From Bdellovibrionales bacterium (GTDB lineage: Bacteria > Bdellovibrionota > Bdellovibrionia > Bdellovibrionales > UBA1609): a stretch of DNA of 64,000 nucleotides. The translations under genes were made by a program, and so were the position numbers. Shown here piece after piece: positions 39,285 through 49,686 of this stretch (position 1 is the first letter of the stretch; each line of letters starts with the position of its first letter). Below the pieces are notes generated by a model. It did not search any database. It was not told the DNA's origin and worked only from the letters and a program-made list of their open reading frames with translations. Where the stretch lies: NCBI GenBank assembly GCA_965199825.1, contig OZ241329.1:224001-288000 (forward strand), given 5' to 3'.

Positions 39285-40838
39285 ATGAATGTACGCGTAG
39301 TTCTGATTGTCATCACAGCGGCGATTGCGTCGCTTCTTGAAATCATCGACTCCTCTATCGTTAACGTTGCCATTCCCACCATGATGGGAAATATCGGAGC
39401 AACCCTCGACGAAATCAGTTGGGTCACAACGGGCTACATGATCTCAAATTCCATCGTCTTACCCATTGCTGCTTGGCTCGGCACTCGACTGGGCCGCAGA
39501 AATTATTTTACCGGCGCCATTCTTCTTTTTACTTTGTCTTCACTCGCATGCGGACTCGCTCCGAACCTGACCCTCTTAGTTTTTTTTAGAATCATTCAAG
39601 GTATGGCGGGCGGCGCACTTCTCCCCACCTCCCAAACTTTAATTCAAGAGGCATTCCCTCCCGAAAAACGCGGGATCGCCATGGCCATTTTTGGTTTAAG
39701 CGTGATGGTTGGCCCAGCACTTGGGCCCACACTCGGCGGATATCTTACCGACAACTTTGGTTGGCGCTCGATTTTTAATGTGAATGTTCCATTGGGATTA
39801 TTGGCCGCGGGCTTAGCGTGGGCCAACGTTCACAATGTCAATTACGAACAAAAAGGTTCGAGCAAGGTCGATTGGACCGGCCTCTTTTTATTGTGTGTGG
39901 GCGTTGGATGTTTTCAATATATTCTTGAGCGTGGTGAGACCGAAGGTTGGTGGGATTCAAACATCATCAAAACGTGTAGCGTAGCTGCGGTATTTGGAAT
40001 CGTAGGATTTATTTATTGGGAACTCAAAATCCCTAATCCAATTATGAACCTTAGACTTTTTAAAAAAAATGTTTTGCGTGCAGGAACACTTTTGATGCTC
40101 GCACTGGGCGTGATGCTTTATGCGTTGACCTTTGCGGTCCCCGTTTTTGTGGCGCGTGTGATGCCTCAAATGAATGCCACCCAAACCGGTCTTTTATTTA
40201 TGCCCGGATCGATTGCAACAGCTCTATTTATGTTGCCTGTGGGAATGCTCACCCAAAAAGTAAATCTCAAAGTGTTAACCCTCTTTGGAATTTGTATGGG
40301 CGAAGCTTCGGTTTTATTTATGGCGCATTTTAACACCGACACTGGCGTTAATATGATTTTGTTTCCGCTGATTTTGCGCGGGATCGGCATGGCGTTTTTG
40401 TTTATCCCCATCAATCAAATGGTGTTGGGCGATTTTGACGGCGCAGAGCTTGGCCAAGTGTCAGGAATGCAAAACTTTTTTCGTCAAATGGGTGGAAGTA
40501 TAGGCATTGCCTCGCTCGACACTTTGCTCACCCGGTTTGGATCACAAAACTATAATGATTTAATGAGCCAAGTCTCGGCACTCAATCCCACCGCTTATAA
40601 TACCTTTGTCCAAAACGCGGCGATGTCGGGAACCAAAATGTCGAGCGCTGTGGGACTGTGGAGTCAAACCACAATGGCCACCAAAGCGCTTGCGGGCCGA
40701 GTGGGCCAGCAAGTTTTTGTGATGAGTTTTGATCAATTGTGCTGGGTGATTTTTGGAATCGTTGCACTCAGTCTAATTCCACTCGCCTTGATCAAACCCT
40801 CGCGTCGCGGCGGCGGACCCATCCTCGATGCGCATTGA
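39285..40838 (+). CDS. emrB: DHA2 MFS efflux permease (EmrB/QacA)
   Basis: EIIDSSIVNVAIP, WVTTGY, GPALGPTLGGYLTD and WRSIFNVNVP motifs. Confidence 0.93.
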   Translation: MNVRVVLIVITAAIASLLEIIDSSIVNVAIPTMMGNIGATLDEISWVTTGYMISNSIVLPIAAWLGTRLGRRNYFTGAILLFTLSSLACGLAPNLTLLVFFRIIQGMAGGALLPTSQTLIQEAFPPEKRGIAMAIFGLSVMVGPALGPTLGGYLTDNFGWRSIFNVNVPLGLLAAGLAWANVHNVNYEQKGSSKVDWTGLFLLCVGVGCFQYILERGETEGWWDSNIIKTCSVAAVFGIVGFIYWELKIPNPIMNLRLFKKNVLRAGTLLMLALGVMLYALTFAVPVFVARVMPQMNATQTGLLFMPGSIATALFMLPVGMLTQKVNLKVLTLFGICMGEASVLFMAHFNTDTGVNMILFPLILRGIGMAFLFIPINQMVLGDFDGAELGQVSGMQNFFRQMGGSIGIASLDTLLTRFGSQNYNDLMSQVSALNPTAYNTFVQNAAMSGTKMSSAVGLWSQTTMATKALAGRVGQQVFVMSFDQLCWVIFGIVALSLIPLALIKPSRRGGGPILDAH

Positions 40839-40974
40839 TCGTTAGATTTCACGTTTTTTCAACAACACACATACTGCAAACATTTATGAATCACTCATCT
40901 CTTATTTAAGGGATGAGCGTGGGCTTTAAATTTGCTAAGTGAATTCAAAGCCTATTCAAAATTTTTTGGAGTTG

Positions 40975-41595
40975 ATGATGTTTTCTGTTGTCGCCCTTTT
41001 AGTTAGTGTTGGAATTGCCAATCAAGTTGCATTTGCCGATGTGAAAGCGTCAGTTGTGGAGCAAAAATTTGCGGCGGTCACCACCCAAAAAACTCCGACC
41101 GGTGACTACACTCTTGGTGATGTGAGGGTGTCGCAACGAGAACTCTCTCCGCGTCAGGTCACTTTTTACGTGGACCTCTTAGAATCGATTTTGAGAGAGC
41201 AAGTCAATAAAGAGAGCATCTTGCTCCTCGCTCCCCCAAACCAAAAAACCTCTTTAAGTTATAAAAAAGAAGATATTCATCTTGTTGCTGGCGTACGAAC
41301 ACAGCGTAAGATTCAATTCGAACCGGGTTCTTTCACGGCTCAAACGACCAAATCTGTACTTACCGGACCGTTTTATTTGCAGACGGCCACCAAGTATTGT
41401 CGTGTCTTCGAAGAACAGAATAAAAATTTTGGTACAACTTCGTTTATACCCACATTTTGGAAAGCATCCGGATCTACGCGGCTCATCGTTGAATGTATCA
41501 CTGACTCCACAAAAAGTGATCAAGGCATTGAAACCTACATTTTGGTTTTAAACTCGAAGACTCCTGATCTTAGCGAGACACCTTTTTATCCCTAA
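40975..41595 (+). CDS. Secreted hypothetical protein
   Basis: Signal peptide (AFA|DV); GGAG SD before ATG 40975. Confidence 0.65.
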   Translation: MMFSVVALLVSVGIANQVAFADVKASVVEQKFAAVTTQKTPTGDYTLGDVRVSQRELSPRQVTFYVDLLESILREQVNKESILLLAPPNQKTSLSYKKEDIHLVAGVRTQRKIQFEPGSFTAQTTKSVLTGPFYLQTATKYCRVFEEQNKNFGTTSFIPTFWKASGSTRLIVECITDSTKSDQGIETYILVLNSKTPDLSETPFYP

Positions 41596-41940
41596 CTTTT
41601 TGATTGATTGACCACAGCATTTTGTTGCGAATACCAATTGCCCGCAAATGAGATTTTTTGTCGAACTCTCACTCACACAATTTTCACTGTGTTCTTAAGC
41701 TCGGAGCGATTACTCAATCAAAAGCTAGACCATGACATGCCACAACTGAATAGCCTTTCATGGCAGCCGCTAGAGGAATGGGACAAGATCGGTCGTCAAA
41801 GCCAAGTAAGATCAGTTTCTTCCGATGTTGGTCTACTCGTCACACCACAATTTTTTTATTTCGCGATTAGACCTAAACAGAAAGTCCACACGGATTGCAA
41901 TTGCCGAATTCTTAAAGTCTTTACATCTAGCTTCAAAACC

Positions 41941-43104
41941 TTAGTTGTTGGCTTTCGTTAAGTCACCCGCTAAATATAATTCGCAAACCGACGACCGAAT
42001 CATTTCACTTAACCTACGCTCGACAATCTTGGGATCATATATTTTTATCGCTGTGGGTAACATCCTCGCGAGATTCAGTTTTAAATACTTGTCGAACTCT
42101 GCAACCGCCATCGAAAATTGAGCGATGTTTTCAGCCTCTTCATAAACTTGCCCGCGCATTTTAATGGTTTTATAAACGGTCATTTGGGCCCGTACTCCAT
42201 GAGCGGTGAGATAAGCTTGATTCACCACAAACCGAAAATTAATACTTAAGTGATCCTTCAAACCCTTTTCGATCAACACCGATTGCCAAGAGATCTTAAG
42301 AGCGGCAACTTGATCAATTAAAATTTCTTTAAGTCGAGCATCGTAAGCCATAAATCTTTTTTGTAGGTCTAAAGAGATGCCGCTATCAGCAGGTAACTCA
42401 ATCTGCGCATTTATTTGTCCCGAGGACATCAACTGATACGCGTGGCTCAATGTTTTTTCTGCCAAGATTTCGGGAGTGGCCTGTTTTGCAAGCTGCAACA
42501 AAGGGATCATTTTGGCTTTGAGATTTTTTTCTTTTTCTTCAAGCTCCACAACTTGAGCCTGCAGAGCCTCAAGTTGTTTTTGAGCCTCAGCGATTTCTTG
42601 AGCTTGAAAACTTAAACTCTCAGGAATATCGATCCCGCGATCAATGGCCTCGGTTAAAATTTGCTCTAGGGTGAGGGTTGATTCTTTAACCCGTACCCGA
42701 AGCCGCTGAATCTTTTCTGGAAAATTTTTAAGATCCTCAGCAATTTCATTTCGTCGAATTGCAAAATCAAGATGCGGATAATGCAGATCCTCTAACGAAG
42801 GCCGAACGACCTTTATTAAAAATGAAATCTCGTTTGCGGTTAGTTTTGAAACTTCTAGACCGCGCATTTGTGTTTCTGCTTCGTTCAGAGCTTCGGTACA
42901 AAGTCTCAAGGTCAACCGAATCGCCTGATCCTCTGCGAGCCCTGTGCGGTCAGCATCAAGCGAGATCGCCTGAATCAATTTGGATTCCAAACGAACCGCA
43001 ATCTCAATCGCTTTGACTTCGTTCTCGGCAAGTAAAAAATCTTTTTCATTGCTTCGAGTTTGAGCAAAACTAAAGCATGACAAAAACAAAACAATTTTTA
43101 GCAT
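41941..43104 (-). CDS. Secreted coiled-coil hypothetical protein
   Basis: Signal peptide MLKIVLFLSCFSFA; heptad-rich middle; C-terminal VCELYL. Confidence 0.7.
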   Translation of the reverse strand: MLKIVLFLSCFSFAQTRSNEKDFLLAENEVKAIEIAVRLESKLIQAISLDADRTGLAEDQAIRLTLRLCTEALNEAETQMRGLEVSKLTANEISFLIKVVRPSLEDLHYPHLDFAIRRNEIAEDLKNFPEKIQRLRVRVKESTLTLEQILTEAIDRGIDIPESLSFQAQEIAEAQKQLEALQAQVVELEEKEKNLKAKMIPLLQLAKQATPEILAEKTLSHAYQLMSSGQINAQIELPADSGISLDLQKRFMAYDARLKEILIDQVAALKISWQSVLIEKGLKDHLSINFRFVVNQAYLTAHGVRAQMTVYKTIKMRGQVYEEAENIAQFSMAVAEFDKYLKLNLARMLPTAIKIYDPKIVERRLSEMIRSSVCELYLAGDLTKANN

Positions 43105-43236
43105 AACCGCGTTTATACCGTGACTTAGCCGCGAGATATAGAGCGTGAGCCCTTTTACAAAAACTGTCCAAAACGTTAACACTTTACAAACTAAAAATCG
43201 GCCCCATGTTTAACGGATTCAATCTAGGAGGATTCT

Positions 43237-45585
43237 TTGAGATATCTACCCGTATTGCCTGTGAAGGGTTTAGTGTTATTCCCCAATATGAGTATTCCAT
43301 TGCGCATTAAAAGGCCGATGAGTGTTGCTGCGGTTCAAAATGCGTACAATGCCGATCAAACAATTTTAGTAGTTGCCCAACGCGACGATGCCGAAAAACT
43401 TGACCAGAGCAATCTGTTTCAAACCGGTGTGCTCGCCAAAATAGAATCCCTAAAAGGAACTCCTGAAGAGGGATTTCAAATTCTGCTCAGGGGTTTAAGT
43501 CGATTTCAAATCGAAGAGTATCAGACTGATCAGTACATCAAAGCTATGGGTGTTGAAGCTCCCGATCGCGATGATTTGGATCCCCAAACCAAAAATGCCT
43601 TGATCACAACTCTAAAAACAATGGCCCAACAGACCTATGGATTAATTCCTGTGGACACGCGTCAATTGTCTGAGCTTGTTTCGGGAATCGATGATCTTTC
43701 AACACTTGTTGATGTGTGCGCGACCCAACTCGACTCCGATGTTTTACAAAAACAAAAATTGGTTGAGATGATTGATCTCAAAAATCGATCGCTTGAGCTT
43801 TTGACCATGATGCAAAAACAAAAAGAGCAGCTCGAAGTTCAAAGCGATATTCGTGAGCGCCTCAACACAAAGCTGGGGCAACAGCAGCGCGAGAATATTT
43901 TGCGCGAACAACTCAAAACCATTCGTGAAGAGTTGGGTGAGACCCAATCAAAGACCGACTTGCGTTCAAGTATCGAAAAAGCTCAGATGCCGTTGGATGT
44001 CCAAAAAATAGCACTGGATGAACTCACCCGCATGGAGAGTATGGGCCCCAGTTCGCCCGAGTCTCACATGATTCGCACCTACATCGAAACTTTGATTGCG
44101 ATGCCGTGGGCAATTTCATCGGGTTCTGATTTTGCCAATCTTGATATTGAGCATGCTAAACAGATTTTAAATAAAGATCATTATGGTTTAGACAAAATTA
44201 AAAAACGAGTCCTTCAGCATTTGGCGGTACTCAAACTTCGTCAATCCAACCGCGGTCAGATTTTATTATTGGTTGGTCCTCCAGGAGTGGGTAAAACCAG
44301 TCTCGGCAAAAGTATTGCCGATGCGATGAACCGCAAGTTCGTTCGTGGAAGTCTTGGTGGCGTGCGCGATGAATCTGAAATTCGTGGACACCGTCGCACT
44401 TACATTGGCGCCTTGCCGGGACGAATCCTTCAGGGATTAAAACGTGTGGGACAAAACGATGCGGTCTTTATGTTGGATGAAATCGACAAATTGGGTCGCG
44501 GATTCCAAGGTGATCCTGCGTCTGCTCTGCTGGAAGTTTTAGATCCAGAGCAAAACTCAAACTTTTTGGATCATTATTTGGATGTGCCCTTTGATTTGTC
44601 GAACGTGTTTTTTATTGCCACCGCAAATAGTCTCGACACCATTCCTGGGCCTTTGCTTGACCGAATGGAAGTGATCGAAGTCAACGGCTACACCACAGCC
44701 GAAAAACTTCACATCGCAAAAAACCATTTGTTTAAAAAACAAATCAAAGAGCATGGAATGTCTGAGTCACAACTTAGTATTTCAGACGAAGCATTGTTGC
44801 GGGTGATCTCCTCCTACACTCGCGAAGCGGGGGTCAGGGATCTCAATCGGCAACTTGCAACGATTTGCCGAGGCATGGCTGAGGCTGTGGTCACAAGCCA
44901 ACGGCCTGTGCATGTGGAAGTCCAAAATCTCTTGGAACTGCTTGGGGCCGAACGTTTCGCTCACGAGGTGGCCGAGCAAGTTTCGGCGCCTGGAGTTGCC
45001 ACCGGTTTGGCGTGGACACCGATGGGCGGAGAGATTTTGTTTATCGAAGCCAATAGCATGCCCGGAAAAGGCAATTTGATTATTACAGGTCAATTGGGTG
45101 AAGTGATGCGCGAATCGACACAGATTGCTTTAAGTCTTGTGCGGTCTCGACTTGCACATCTCATTCCCAACTTTGAGTATTCGACCAAAGATATTCATGT
45201 GCATGTGCCAGCTGGAGCAATTCCAAAAGATGGTCCCTCTGCTGGGGTCACCATGTTAACTGCGCTTGCTTCGCTTTTGACCGATCGAGGTGTCAAACCC
45301 AAACTCGCAATGACGGGTGAGCTGACGTTGCGGGGTGCGGTCACTCCGGTCGGGGGCATAAAAGAAAAGGTCATTGCGGCTCACCGTGCAGGTGTCGAAA
45401 CAATTATCTTGGCCGAGAAAAATCGCAAGGACCTCCTCGATATTCCAGAGGAGATCAGATCAAATTTAAAATTTCATTTTGTCAGCACCGCGAGTGAGGT
45501 TTTAAAAATTGCTCTTGATTTGGATTGTGTCTCGCTCAAGGTGGCTGCAACCCCGGCAGTTTCTACTCCGGCTGCGGCGTCTTAG
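43237..45585 (+). CDS. lon: ATP-dependent protease La (Lon)
   Basis: GPPGVGKTS Walker [19 protein letters not shown] and PKDGPSAG catalytic Ser motif; AGGAGG SD. Confidence 0.97.
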   Translation: MRYLPVLPVKGLVLFPNMSIPLRIKRPMSVAAVQNAYNADQTILVVAQRDDAEKLDQSNLFQTGVLAKIESLKGTPEEGFQILLRGLSRFQIEEYQTDQYIKAMGVEAPDRDDLDPQTKNALITTLKTMAQQTYGLIPVDTRQLSELVSGIDDLSTLVDVCATQLDSDVLQKQKLVEMIDLKNRSLELLTMMQKQKEQLEVQSDIRERLNTKLGQQQRENILREQLKTIREELGETQSKTDLRSSIEKAQMPLDVQKIALDELTRMESMGPSSPESHMIRTYIETLIAMPWAISSGSDFANLDIEHAKQILNKDHYGLDKIKKRVLQHLAVLKLRQSNRGQILLLVGPPGVGKTSLGKSIADAMNRKFVRGSLGGVRDESEIRGHRRTYIGALPGRILQGLKRVGQNDAVFMLDEIDKLGRGFQGDPASALLEVLDPEQNSNFLDHYLDVPFDLSNVFFIATANSLDTIPGPLLDRMEVIEVNGYTTAEKLHIAKNHLFKKQIKEHGMSESQLSISDEALLRVISSYTREAGVRDLNRQLATICRGMAEAVVTSQRPVHVEVQNLLELLGAERFAHEVAEQVSAPGVATGLAWTPMGGEILFIEANSMPGKGNLIITGQLGEVMRESTQIALSLVRSRLAHLIPNFEYSTKDIHVHVPAGAIPKDGPSAGVTMLTALASLLTDRGVKPKLAMTGELTLRGAVTPVGGIKEKVIAAHRAGVETIILAEKNRKDLLDIPEEIRSNLKFHFVSTASEVLKIALDLDCVSLKVAATPAVSTPAAAS

Positions 45586-47218
45586 GTCTTTGTTTAAATA
45601 AAATAATCTCACAGATATGATCTGGAGGTGTTGGGACTAAATGTTTCAACACCTCATGATTCTCGCTATGAGATATCCACCAAACTCCCAAAAGTTTTTT
45701 TAACCGTTCACCCCGCCGCGAGGGCGATTGATTTAATATAACAAAAAGCTCTCGAGTGTGAATGGGATCGTCCAAGTGTTTGATCAGTGAGTCTTGGACC
45801 TCAACGTTGGAATTCTTAAGATCAGCGGCAAGCAATATTCCCAAACTTTTATTTTGTCCCTGGAGCTGCACCAGTTTTAAAACCATCGCTTCGCTTAAAG
45901 GCAAAGATTGATCACTCGCACGAAGGTACTCTGCCAAAATTTCACTCAAGCCCTTTGTGTGACTTCCTTTTAGAGAGTTGTCGGTAAGAAATGAAACCGC
46001 ATTCTCCTGAAGTTTTTGGGTAAATCGAGATTGCTGAAGAGCTGCCAAATAAACCTGACTTAAGAATGCAATTTGCGACAGCGTGCTGGGCTCAAAATTT
46101 TGCACCGTGGGCACATCGAGGATGGGCGTCTGACTTAATTCACGATTGATCTCTTCGGCTTTTCTGAGATCTGAATCATTGGTGTTTTGGTGATCATTCA
46201 AAAACTTAGCATAGTAATGGGGTGCAAAAATTAGCATCTCGGCTCGATGACGGTCACTCAAATGGCCTTTCAATGCACCGACCGGACTCATTTGCGAGCT
46301 ATTAATAATTTTAAGGTAAAATACTCGTTCGAGCTCATTCAGCACTCCTACAACAACGTCCTCAATACTGGATTGCAACTCAGGCCGATCTTCGATGATT
46401 TCCTTAATTAATTTTTCGCGCCCAGGAATTTTTGATTTCATGATCCTTGTTAGATTTGATGAGTTGCGCGGAGCTTCAGAAATAAAGCTCACCACATCAT
46501 CGATAAAATCTTGGACAATAATTGAGGTCTCAAATTTTGATCTCACCTGATTGATTGAATCAATATAGGGCCGTAGATCTGCGCCAAAATTTACGAATTG
46601 CTTCCAAAATTCTAAAATTCCCAGCCGCTCCTGCATCTCTTTATAAGAAAGGGGTGGCGTACTGATGTATTCTTTTATGACCTCTTGGACGTCAGTAGCG
46701 ATTGCTCTATGAATATGTCCAGGAGTCGTCCTCATTTCTTGCTCATTGGCCACAGCAAGATTTTTTGTACGCACCTTAGCTTCAATCTTTCGACTGAGTT
46801 CTTCAGGTAAATTGTAATTATAAAATTGAGTCGAATTAAAATATAAAATAAATGAAACAATCTCGGGCGTTTTCTTGGTTTGAAGCGCAAACGTTCTGGC
46901 TACCTCAAAATCTTGAGTCACCAATAAATAATTTTCGACGAGTGGCGCAAGGTCAGGATCGCTGAGAGTATCGTCCTGTCCAAAATGGCGATACACAGCA
47001 TGGACATATTGCCTCATGGCCTCATCTCTTTGAGCACCATTGCCCTGCATTTGATTGATCAACTGCCAAATAAAAGCGGTCTTTTTTTTATCATCTCGAC
47101 GCACCAAAACATGCGGCGCTTTTTCGACCCGCTTTTGATCAAGCGAATGGATCGAGGCTTGTGTAAATGAACCCACAACTATGCTGGCTATAAAAACGAG
47201 ATTTTTAAAATTTTTCAT
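45563..47218 (-). CDS. Secreted hypothetical protein
   Basis: 551 aa, signal peptide (TQA|SI), C-terminal ICEIILF. Confidence 0.72.
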   Translation of the reverse strand: MKNFKNLVFIASIVVGSFTQASIHSLDQKRVEKAPHVLVRRDDKKKTAFIWQLINQMQGNGAQRDEAMRQYVHAVYRHFGQDDTLSDPDLAPLVENYLLVTQDFEVARTFALQTKKTPEIVSFILYFNSTQFYNYNLPEELSRKIEAKVRTKNLAVANEQEMRTTPGHIHRAIATDVQEVIKEYISTPPLSYKEMQERLGILEFWKQFVNFGADLRPYIDSINQVRSKFETSIIVQDFIDDVVSFISEAPRNSSNLTRIMKSKIPGREKLIKEIIEDRPELQSSIEDVVVGVLNELERVFYLKIINSSQMSPVGALKGHLSDRHRAEMLIFAPHYYAKFLNDHQNTNDSDLRKAEEINRELSQTPILDVPTVQNFEPSTLSQIAFLSQVYLAALQQSRFTQKLQENAVSFLTDNSLKGSHTKGLSEILAEYLRASDQSLPLSEAMVLKLVQLQGQNKSLGILLAADLKNSNVEVQDSLIKHLDDPIHTRELFVILNQSPSRRGERLKKLLGVWWISHSENHEVLKHLVPTPPDHICEIILFKQRPKTPQPE

Positions 47219-47264
47219 TTGAGTGGTGGCGAACTTAGCCCAACTTAAATTTTTAAGCGAACTA

Positions 47265-47290
47265 AAAAGCCGCTGATCTCAGCGGCTTTT
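47265..47290. terminator. Rho-independent terminator, potentially bidirectional
   Basis: Perfect hairpin AAAAGCCGCTGA-TC-TCAGCGGCTTTT just downstream of the minus-strand yccA-like gene. Confidence 0.85.
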
Positions 47291-47323
47291 CAATAATACA
47301 ATTCTGTTTATTTTAACAGTTCT

Positions 47324-48070
47324 CTAACGTTTTGAAAGTTTGCTCAAAAGCCGGAGCATTTCTAAATAAACCCAAACAATTGTGATCATCAGTGCAAATC
47401 CACAATACCATTCCATATATTTTGGGGCTTTCATTTTCGAAGCACTTTCGATCATACCAAAATCCATAATAAGATTAAGCGATGCCACACCAACCACAAC
47501 TAATGAAAACACAATCCCTACTGGACTACCCTCATGAATAAAGGCCATAGGATGACCAAACATCATCATGACCAGATCCACAACATAGCAAAGTCCAACA
47601 GCCATAGTTGCACCCACAATAGTGGAACGAAAACGATCGGTAGGTTGCAAGATCCTTAAACGATAAAGACCGAGCATGAGTCCCAAACAGCCAATGGTCA
47701 AAACCATCGCATTGAACACAACTCCAGGCATGCGGTAATCATACATCGCAGAAATAAATCCGAGAGCCAAACCCTCTGCCACAGCATAGGCAGGCGCAAG
47801 AAGTGCCGCCTTTTCTTTATTGAAGGCTAAAATAAGGGCAAGGATCAGTCCGCCAATAACACCACCCATTCCGAGTGCTTGACCCGTCGGCGTCTCGGAC
47901 ATGCTCCAACTCAGTGATGCAGCAGCAGCAAGAATCACAAATAATAAACCTGTTTTATTTATTGTACCAGTCACTGTCATTGCCATCGTATCGGCGGTTT
48001 CGCCAAACATAATTTGTTTAATCGTTTTTTGATTTAATACCGGATTATTTGATTCCAAATTGACCTCCAA
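47324..48070 (-). CDS. Bax inhibitor-1/YccA family membrane protein
   Basis: SNNPVL, MTVTGTINKT, YAVAEGLALG and APKYMEWY.GF.L..TIVWVYLEMLRLL motifs. Confidence 0.92.
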   Translation of the reverse strand: MEVNLESNNPVLNQKTIKQIMFGETADTMAMTVTGTINKTGLLFVILAAAASLSWSMSETPTGQALGMGGVIGGLILALILAFNKEKAALLAPAYAVAEGLALGFISAMYDYRMPGVVFNAMVLTIGCLGLMLGLYRLRILQPTDRFRSTIVGATMAVGLCYVVDLVMMMFGHPMAFIHEGSPVGIVFSLVVVGVASLNLIMDFGMIESASKMKAPKYMEWYCGFALMITIVWVYLEMLRLLSKLSKR

Positions 48071-48115
48071 GTTGAGATGATTCTAGCCCACAATTTTTTA
48101 ATATTCAGTTAATTT

Positions 48116-49231
48116 TTACTTATACAGAGGCAGCTCAGCGAGCTTAGCCAACTCAGGTCCAACATAAACATTTTGGGCCGAAACCTTACCCTCTAGCTTT
48201 TGGCTTTCGGTAGATAATTCAGAAGTCTCGGTCCTTTTGTTTCTTCTTTCGATGGGTGGGTTCAGTTTTGACGATCGCTCGACAAGCTGAGATTTTTCAA
48301 GAATTTCGCTTGGAAGATTTTCGGCTTCACTCAAAACCGCAATAAATTCATTAGCCATATAGTAATCAATTTGCACTCGCCGCTTTAAAGCATGTGACAT
48401 TTTACCAATCACAGTAACGATGCGGTCGCGGTCTTCGGGGTTTAAGCTTTCGGCAAATTCATAATCTTGGATTTTTTGCAAATGGAGCAACAACGGTCCG
48501 AGCCCCTCCGGAGTGATCACGTGAACCCGATAAGATCCCATATTCAAAAGAGTGTCGCCGATCACACCAATGGCAGAATTAGGAACCACAAAGTAAAGAT
48601 CTTTTTTGACCTCTTCGCTCTTTAAATACTTTTTTGCCGCCTCCGCCTGGGTGCGAATGTAGCTCGAAAAATTTGAAAGATCGGTTCCTTGGGGGGATTT
48701 AGAATCTAGCACGACATACTCGTCAGAGATTTTAATCACATTGTCGGGCTTACCTGAAAAAGGAAACTTTTCCTTTGTCACATAGTCCATCTGAAATTGT
48801 CGGCAGACCGCTTGGATTTTGGTTTCGACCTCTTGCTCGTGACGAAGCCAAGTGTCTTTCAAAAGTTTATGTTTTAATTCCTCAGACTCAGATTTGAGTT
48901 TTGCTTCATGCTCACGCTGTCGTTGCAAATTTTCATAAGCAATCGTTAATCGCTCAACCTGAAGGCTGACCTGCTTTTGTCTAAAAGGTTCTTGTTCTTT
49001 TAATGTTGCAAACTCAACTCTCGACTGCTCAACATTTTGCCTTTGCTCCTGAATTGAAGCCTTAAGTTCGCGGTTTTGAACTTCTAAATTTTCGATGGCA
49101 AACGCGGATCGTGCCCGCTCCTCGCGAAGTTGAACCACAATTGCGGTCAGCTCCTTTTTTTGGCGAAAAGCAAAAACCAAGGCTAGGCCCGCGCCAACAA
49201 CAATCCCGCAAAAAACGTATAGTGCTTCCAT
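48116..49231 (-). CDS. RmuC-like protein (TM anchor, coiled coil, PD-(D/E)xK fold)
   Basis: KPDNVIKI...VVLDSKSP motif after a membrane anchor and coiled coil. Confidence 0.7.
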   Translation of the reverse strand: MEALYVFCGIVVGAGLALVFAFRQKKELTAIVVQLREERARSAFAIENLEVQNRELKASIQEQRQNVEQSRVEFATLKEQEPFRQKQVSLQVERLTIAYENLQRQREHEAKLKSESEELKHKLLKDTWLRHEQEVETKIQAVCRQFQMDYVTKEKFPFSGKPDNVIKISDEYVVLDSKSPQGTDLSNFSSYIRTQAEAAKKYLKSEEVKKDLYFVVPNSAIGVIGDTLLNMGSYRVHVITPEGLGPLLLHLQKIQDYEFAESLNPEDRDRIVTVIGKMSHALKRRVQIDYYMANEFIAVLSEAENLPSEILEKSQLVERSSKLNPPIERRNKRTETSELSTESQKLEGKVSAQNVYVGPELAKLAELPLYK

Positions 49232-49307
49232 AGATTTGGTGATACCACTCAAATTAAGATGAGTCTAGTGCCATGAGCACTTAAAACATTAATTTTATCA
49301 GGTTTAT

Positions 49308-49667
49308 ATGGGTAAAAAAGCTCAAAAAAATACAATTGATGGTTTTAGTCTTGCTGAAAGAGTGCGCTATTTTCGCCAACGGCGAAATCTTTCGCAGACC
49401 GATTTGGCTCGCACCTCCAAAGTGTCTCAATCCACTATTGCCCAAATTGAGTCAGGCCGAAAAGATCCTTCGATGACCACTCTAAAAAAATTGTGTCACT
49501 CTCTCGAGGTTGAACTTGCGGTTTTATTTTCGGGCGATCAAGTTCATGTGTTTGATATGATTCGGCTTCGCAAGCGCTACAAATCGGCTCATGATTTGAG
49601 TCCCACTTTGTACAAAGCTTTGGGCGAAGTGATCCGCTTTGCGCGCACGATTGACTTTATTGATTAG
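49308..49667 (+). CDS. XRE-family HTH regulator
   Basis: LSQTDLA...VSQSTIAQIESGRKDPSMTTL. Confidence 0.9.
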   Translation: MGKKAQKNTIDGFSLAERVRYFRQRRNLSQTDLARTSKVSQSTIAQIESGRKDPSMTTLKKLCHSLEVELAVLFSGDQVHVFDMIRLRKRYKSAHDLSPTLYKALGEVIRFARTIDFID

Positions 49668-49686
49668 CGCCCGATACACAGAATAA

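Noticed and set aside
41608..41961. 117 aa ORF or ncRNA between convergent genes
   Set aside because: TTG start with no SD and no recognisable motif; I cannot support any known RNA family.
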